DNA of 37,009 nucleotides from the IMG/VR virus record IMGVR_UViG_3300045988_084160, positions 1 to 37,009 of that record; one strand, written 5' to 3'. Position numbers and translations under genes: made by a program. Shown here one piece after another: positions 34,017 through 37,009 of the stretch. Position 1 is the stretch's first letter; every line of letters starts with the position of its first letter. This DNA is from a virus. The notes under the pieces were generated by a model that was not told the origin of the DNA, did not search any database, and saw nothing but the letters and a program-made list of their open reading frames with translations.

Positions 34017-34784
34017 TTATTTGCTTAATTCTAAAATGTAATCATTTCTTTTACTCCATAAAACAGGAACAATTGAATATTCCTTTAATGCACTTAGAGC
34101 TTCTTTGGAAATTGGTTTTTCGAAATCCTGAATAAATGTGTATAATTGCGATTTGTTTTTTCTTTCTTCGACAGTATCAGTCCAAGAGAAAATTATATTT
34201 TTAGCCTGCGTTGTATCAAAATTATTAATAACTTTAATAATGCGTTCAGGAGCAACATTTGATTTACCAATACCAAAATCATAATTACTCATTAGTTTGC
34301 TTTTTCCACTAAAAGAAACATTTTCAATATAACGAATATTATTAATGTCAAGAAAATTTTGCACATCCTCAATAAAAATAGATTTAACATTTTTACGTGA
34401 TAAGTAAAACATATCGCTAACTTTTATAATACATTGAGATAACATATGTTTTGATTGAGCTAGAGAATCACGGGAACATGTTATATATAATTCGTCATTT
34501 TTAGAAAAAGAAACTCCATGAGCTGCCAAGATAGAATCAAAAATTTCTCTTCTTCTGGTACCAGTAAAAATGTCAAATTGTGATAACTTTAACTCATTTA
34601 TTGTTTCAGAATCATCTGTAATATAATAGCGTTCATCATCTAACAGTTTTATAAAAAGTTCTATACAATCATTATTTCTATCTAGAAATGGTAAAGTTAA
34701 TCGATACACAGTATCTGAAATTTTGTATTGCTCAATATTTTCATTTAACCAATTAATATATATTTTTTTAAAATCTTTTTCCAT
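34017..34784 (-). CDS. 255-aa protein, DUF1828-like N-terminus and DUF1829-like C-terminus, function unknown
   Basis: YRLTLPFLDRNNDCIELFIK...ITDD resembles DUF1828 (recalled, not verified). The start is coupled to the upstream stop (TAA-T-ATG). AAGGTG RBS. Confidence 0.6.
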   Translation of the reverse strand: MEKDFKKIYINWLNENIEQYKISDTVYRLTLPFLDRNNDCIELFIKLLDDERYYITDDSETINELKLSQFDIFTGTRRREIFDSILAAHGVSFSKNDELYITCSRDSLAQSKHMLSQCIIKVSDMFYLSRKNVKSIFIEDVQNFLDINNIRYIENVSFSGKSKLMSNYDFGIGKSNVAPERIIKVINNFDTTQAKNIIFSWTDTVEERKNKSQLYTFIQDFEKPISKEALSALKEYSIVPVLWSKRNDYILELSK

Positions 34785-34785
34785 A

Positions 34786-35232
34786 TTAAATCACACCTTG
34801 TATATTCGAATCATTAATTGATATGTTACAATATTTACAAAAATCAAAAAAGATTGTAGTAAAATCATTTGAATTCTTAAACAGTATAGCATCTATTTCA
34901 TTTAATTCATATGCCCAAGACATTCCGTAACCTTCTTTGAAAATATGCATATGATTTCTGGAAAGTTTTTTCCCATCAGGATTTATATGTGGTCTGCCGT
35001 CAATTTCTAATCTGATCATTAAATCGTTATTTGGAATTAATCTTTCCTGTAATTTTTTTCGGCTTAGCACTATGGTATTTTTCCTGCAAATATCTAGAGA
35101 AAAAGTTTCTTTGGAATTAATAGCTCCTACAGGTATACATATTTCCTCATTCATGCCAGGAAGAATTAAGCTATTAAGTAAAATATGTTTATCTAGTTTC
35201 ATTAAGTTATTAAATTCTTCATTTGTTTTCAT
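34786..35232 (-). CDS. 148-aa His-rich protein of unknown function
   Basis: ATG 35232 lies 5 nt after AAAGGAG (the track ORF starts 15 codons earlier). Core RLEIDGRPHINPDGKKLSRNHMHIFKEGYGMSWA. I faintly recall a DUF (possibly DUF6978) with this core; unverified. Confidence 0.6.
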   Translation of the reverse strand: MKTNEEFNNLMKLDKHILLNSLILPGMNEEICIPVGAINSKETFSLDICRKNTIVLSRKKLQERLIPNNDLMIRLEIDGRPHINPDGKKLSRNHMHIFKEGYGMSWAYELNEIDAILFKNSNDFTTIFFDFCKYCNISINDSNIQGVI

Positions 35233-35260
35233 AAAATCTCCTTTATTCGGTTTTAGTATA

Positions 35261-35461
35261 TTAATCTTCCGGTTCAATTAATTCTTCCATAGTACAATTC
35301 AAAGCTTTGGCTAGTTTGTATACTGTAATGGCAGATGCTTTATTTATATTTCGCTCTCCACTTTCATATTTAGTTATAAGAGAACGACTTACACCGCTTA
35401 GCTGAATTAATTGGTTCTGGCTTAAATTCTTTTCTTTTCGTATATTTTGCAGATTACTCAT
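35261..35461 (-). CDS. 66-aa XRE-family HTH regulator
   Basis: IRKEKNLSQNQLIQLSGVSRSLITKYESGERN is a classic HTH_3 motif. Confidence 0.8.
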   Translation of the reverse strand: MSNLQNIRKEKNLSQNQLIQLSGVSRSLITKYESGERNINKASAITVYKLAKALNCTMEELIEPED

Positions 35462-35541
35462 ATTAGTTGTCCTTCCAATGTTTTAAAAGTTGTAATGAGC
35501 TGTCTTCTCAATAGCTCCAACGCTCATTTCCGCTTTTGATA

Positions 35542-36195
35542 TTAAAATTTCCCACGTAGCTCTACAACCTTACCTATGATTTTAACAGGCTTTTCCTGAA
35601 TTTCCTTATTTGAAAAATACATAGGGTCGTAATTTGGGTTGTTGGATATAAGAACAATACCATCGTTATATTTTTTTAATCGCTTGCATGTAGCTTCATC
35701 ACCGTTAACAGTTGCGATAACTATATCACCATCTTCTGCATCGGATTGCTGACGAACGATAACAACATCGTTTTCACACATTCTAGGCTCCATAGAATTA
35801 CCTTTTAGCTTTAGACCGAAGAATGTACCGCTTGATGCAAGTTCTTCTGTTATTTCCTCTGTGTCAATAATATCTTCTATAGCTTCTATTGGAATACCGG
35901 CAGCAACACGACCAAGTACCGGAATGCGAATGCCAGTAGATTTCTTTGTTGATGAATTATCTTCATGTTGCTCAAATTCAAATGTTTCATCATCAAACCA
36001 ATAAGAAGTATTTACTTTAAATGCTGCTGAAAAAGCACTTAATTTACTTTGGGGTAAATCAACTAGACCTTTTTCTATTTTCGCAATAGATGTTTTGTCT
36101 TTATAGCCAACTTTCAAGGCTAATTCAGTTTGAGATAATCCACATGTTTCACGTAAATTTTTAATTTTTAAACCAATCTTTTGCTGTAGAGTCAT
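35542..36195 (-). CDS. CI-type prophage repressor: XRE HTH plus LexA-like S24 autopeptidase
   Basis: N-terminal LRETCGLSQTELALKVGY..KTSIAKIEKG. C-terminal GRVAAGIPIEA (Ala-Gly cleavage context), GNSMEP (Ser) and CKRL (Lys). Confidence 0.9.
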   Translation of the reverse strand: MTLQQKIGLKIKNLRETCGLSQTELALKVGYKDKTSIAKIEKGLVDLPQSKLSAFSAAFKVNTSYWFDDETFEFEQHEDNSSTKKSTGIRIPVLGRVAAGIPIEAIEDIIDTEEITEELASSGTFFGLKLKGNSMEPRMCENDVVIVRQQSDAEDGDIVIATVNGDEATCKRLKKYNDGIVLISNNPNYDPMYFSNKEIQEKPVKIIGKVVELRGKF

Positions 36196-36230
36196 TTAAT
36201 TCACCAACCTTTACTTTATAACTTGTAATA

Positions 36231-36259
36231 AGTGTAACATAACAAAGAATTAAATTCAA
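36231..36259 (-). promoter_or_regulatory. Leftward (repressor) promoter TTGAAT-17 nt-TACACT
   Basis: Read on the minus strand. The -35 box overlaps an ATTCAAC half-site. Confidence 0.45.
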
Positions 36260-36276
36260 CTTTTTTGTGAAAAATA

Positions 36277-36293
36277 GTTGACACATATTCAAC
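36277..36293. promoter_or_regulatory. Operator GTTGACACATATTCAAC overlapping the -35 box and spacer of the rightward promoter
   Basis: GTTGA-N7-TCAAC dyad. Confidence 0.55.
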
Positions 36294-36306
36294 AAAGTGC
36301 TATTCT
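36278..36306 (+). promoter_or_regulatory. Rightward early promoter TTGACA-17 nt-TATTCT (TGC-extended)
   Basis: Read directly. Divergent from the repressor promoter. Confidence 0.6.
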
Positions 36307-36314
36307 ATATTTAG

Positions 36315-36331
36315 GTTGAATGACATTCAAC
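36315..36331. promoter_or_regulatory. Operator GTTGAATGACATTCAAC just downstream of the rightward -10 box
   Basis: Core of the perfect 19-bp palindrome GGTTGAATGACATTCAACC (36314..36332). Confidence 0.6.
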
Positions 36332-36358
36332 CAGCAAACGAAGAAAGGAGGAAATAAC

Positions 36359-36478
36359 TTGAAGATATTTGATAATATCGATAAGGAAACAAAAAAGTCT
36401 ATCAAAGATACCCTGATAAGTGCTTTGATAGACCTGTTGGTAGGAATAATCCTATTAGCAATTGATAGGCTGTTCTAG
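36359..36478 (+). CDS. 39-aa peptide with a hydrophobic C-terminal helix (first ORF of the rightward transcript)
   Basis: TTG start 7 nt after AAGGAGG. Sequence MKIFDNIDKETKKSIKDTLISALIDLLVGIILLAIDRLF. Not in the ORF track. Confidence 0.35.
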   Translation: MKIFDNIDKETKKSIKDTLISALIDLLVGIILLAIDRLF

Positions 36479-36485
36479 CCAGCCG

Positions 36486-36505
36486 GCAGGGGCGAAAGCC
36501 CTTGC
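36486..36505 (+). terminator. GAAA-tetraloop hairpin (weak terminator or RNA stability element)
   Basis: GCAGGGGC-GAAA-GCCCTTGC with only TTAATT downstream. Confidence 0.35.
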
Positions 36506-36665
36506 TTAATTCAGATATTATCATATCCAAAAGTAAATGTAAATATGATTAGATTCTTAGGAGTGTACTTCATATGTATAGGTGTGGCTAAATTAGCATA
36601 TACACTTTATTTGAGGTACAAGAAAAAGCTGGACTAACGGCTATACGGGGTTGATTATTGGAATG

Positions 36666-36695
36666 GGAACATCTATGTTGCAGCATAGGTGTTCC
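36666..36695. promoter_or_regulatory. 30-bp dyad GGAACATCTATG-ttgcag-CATAGGTGTTCC upstream of the Cro-like gene
   Basis: 12-bp arms with one mismatch (a G:U wobble if folded as RNA). Overlaps a possible TTGATT(36651)-17 nt-TATGTT(36674) promoter. Confidence 0.45.
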
Positions 36696-36721
36696 TAATT
36701 AAGAGATAAGGAGATGATAGA

Positions 36722-36928
36722 GTGACAGATAGTGAAGCATTAAATAAGGTTATAGAAAATTCTGGATTAAAATTAACGTTTATAGCACGTGCATTAAAGT
36801 TAAGTAGAGAAGGGTTTTATAAAAAACTTAATAACCAAACTGAATTTAAAGCAAGTGAAATTGTGAAAATGCAGGAAATTCTTAATTTATCAAATGAACA
36901 AAGAGATAAAATTTTTTTTGCAAATTAA
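36722..36928 (+). CDS. 68-aa HTH protein, Cro analogue by position
   Basis: GTG start after AAGGAG. LKLTFIARALKLSREGFYKKLNN is HTH-like. The last 18 nt lie inside the terminal repeat. Confidence 0.55.
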   Translation: MTDSEALNKVIENSGLKLTFIARALKLSREGFYKKLNNQTEFKASEIVKMQEILNLSNEQRDKIFFAN

Positions 36929-37009
36929 GTTGAATTAAAATCAACTCAAAGCAAATTATTTAATTTAAAAGTCGAAAAAGGTTGACAAACCTCGAAAAAG
37001 GTCGTATCA
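36911..37009. repeat. Terminal direct repeat, right copy (identical to 1..99)
   Basis: Same 99 nt as the window start. Consistent with assembly overlap of a circular or terminally redundant molecule. Confidence 0.95.

Larger units (their letters stand above)
1..36910. mobile_element. Complete temperate siphovirus-like phage genome (circular contig, unique length 36,910 bp)
   Basis: Full set of lysogeny, recombination/replication, packaging, head, tail and lysis modules. No tail-sheath gene. The two ends overlap identically by 99 nt. Confidence 0.85.

Noticed and set aside
1-37009. Looked for CRISPR arrays, tRNA/tmRNA genes, a reverse transcriptase/DGR, transposases or IS elements.
   Set aside because: I could see no spaced identical repeats, cloverleaf-like segments, RT motifs (YxDD) or transposase ORFs. 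This was inspection by eye only, so tRNAscan or Infernal would be needed to be certain.

Overview
The window is one complete temperate siphovirus-type phage or prophage genome. The contig is circularly closed: nt 1-99 are identical to nt 36911-37009, so the unique length is 36,910 bp. The AT-rich sequence and strong AGGAGG-type ribosome-binding sites point to a low-GC Gram-positive (Clostridia/Bacilli-like) host.

Gene order on the circle:
- Lysogeny switch (36196-37009, continuing into 1-250): divergent promoters with three 17-bp GTTGA-N7-TCAAC operators, a Cro-like HTH and a small RHH protein.
- Early region (260-11118, + strand): YqaJ exonuclease, DUF1351 protein, RecT, RusA, a DUF4373 replisome organiser, a free-standing HNH/NUMOD endonuclease, an 838-aa SF2 helicase fused to a beta-class DNA methyltransferase, and many small ORFs.
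- Late regulator and an unusual late promoter leader (11187-11792).
- Packaging, head and tail genes (11793-30079): TerS, TerL, portal, MuF/gp7 head protein, scaffold, capsid, connectors, tail tube, G/GT chaperone with a -1 frameshift, tape measure, tail tip and receptor-binding protein.
- Lysis genes (30094-31586): r1t-like holin and an Amidase_2 endolysin.
- Minus-strand lysogeny arm (31909-36195): large serine integrase, a dense non-coding region, a type I toxin-antitoxin-like locus, a three-gene AT-rich cassette and a LexA-like CI repressor.

The best candidates for something undescribed are:
1. The HTH / 148-aa / 255-aa cassette, co-oriented with the repressor and lying between it and the integrase.
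2. The adjacent 29-aa hydrophobic peptide with a convergent small RNA.
3. The MuF head protein carrying a C-terminal JAB/RadC-like extension, followed by an overlapping mini-ORF.

All functional calls rest on motifs read by eye and recalled family signatures. No database search was run.
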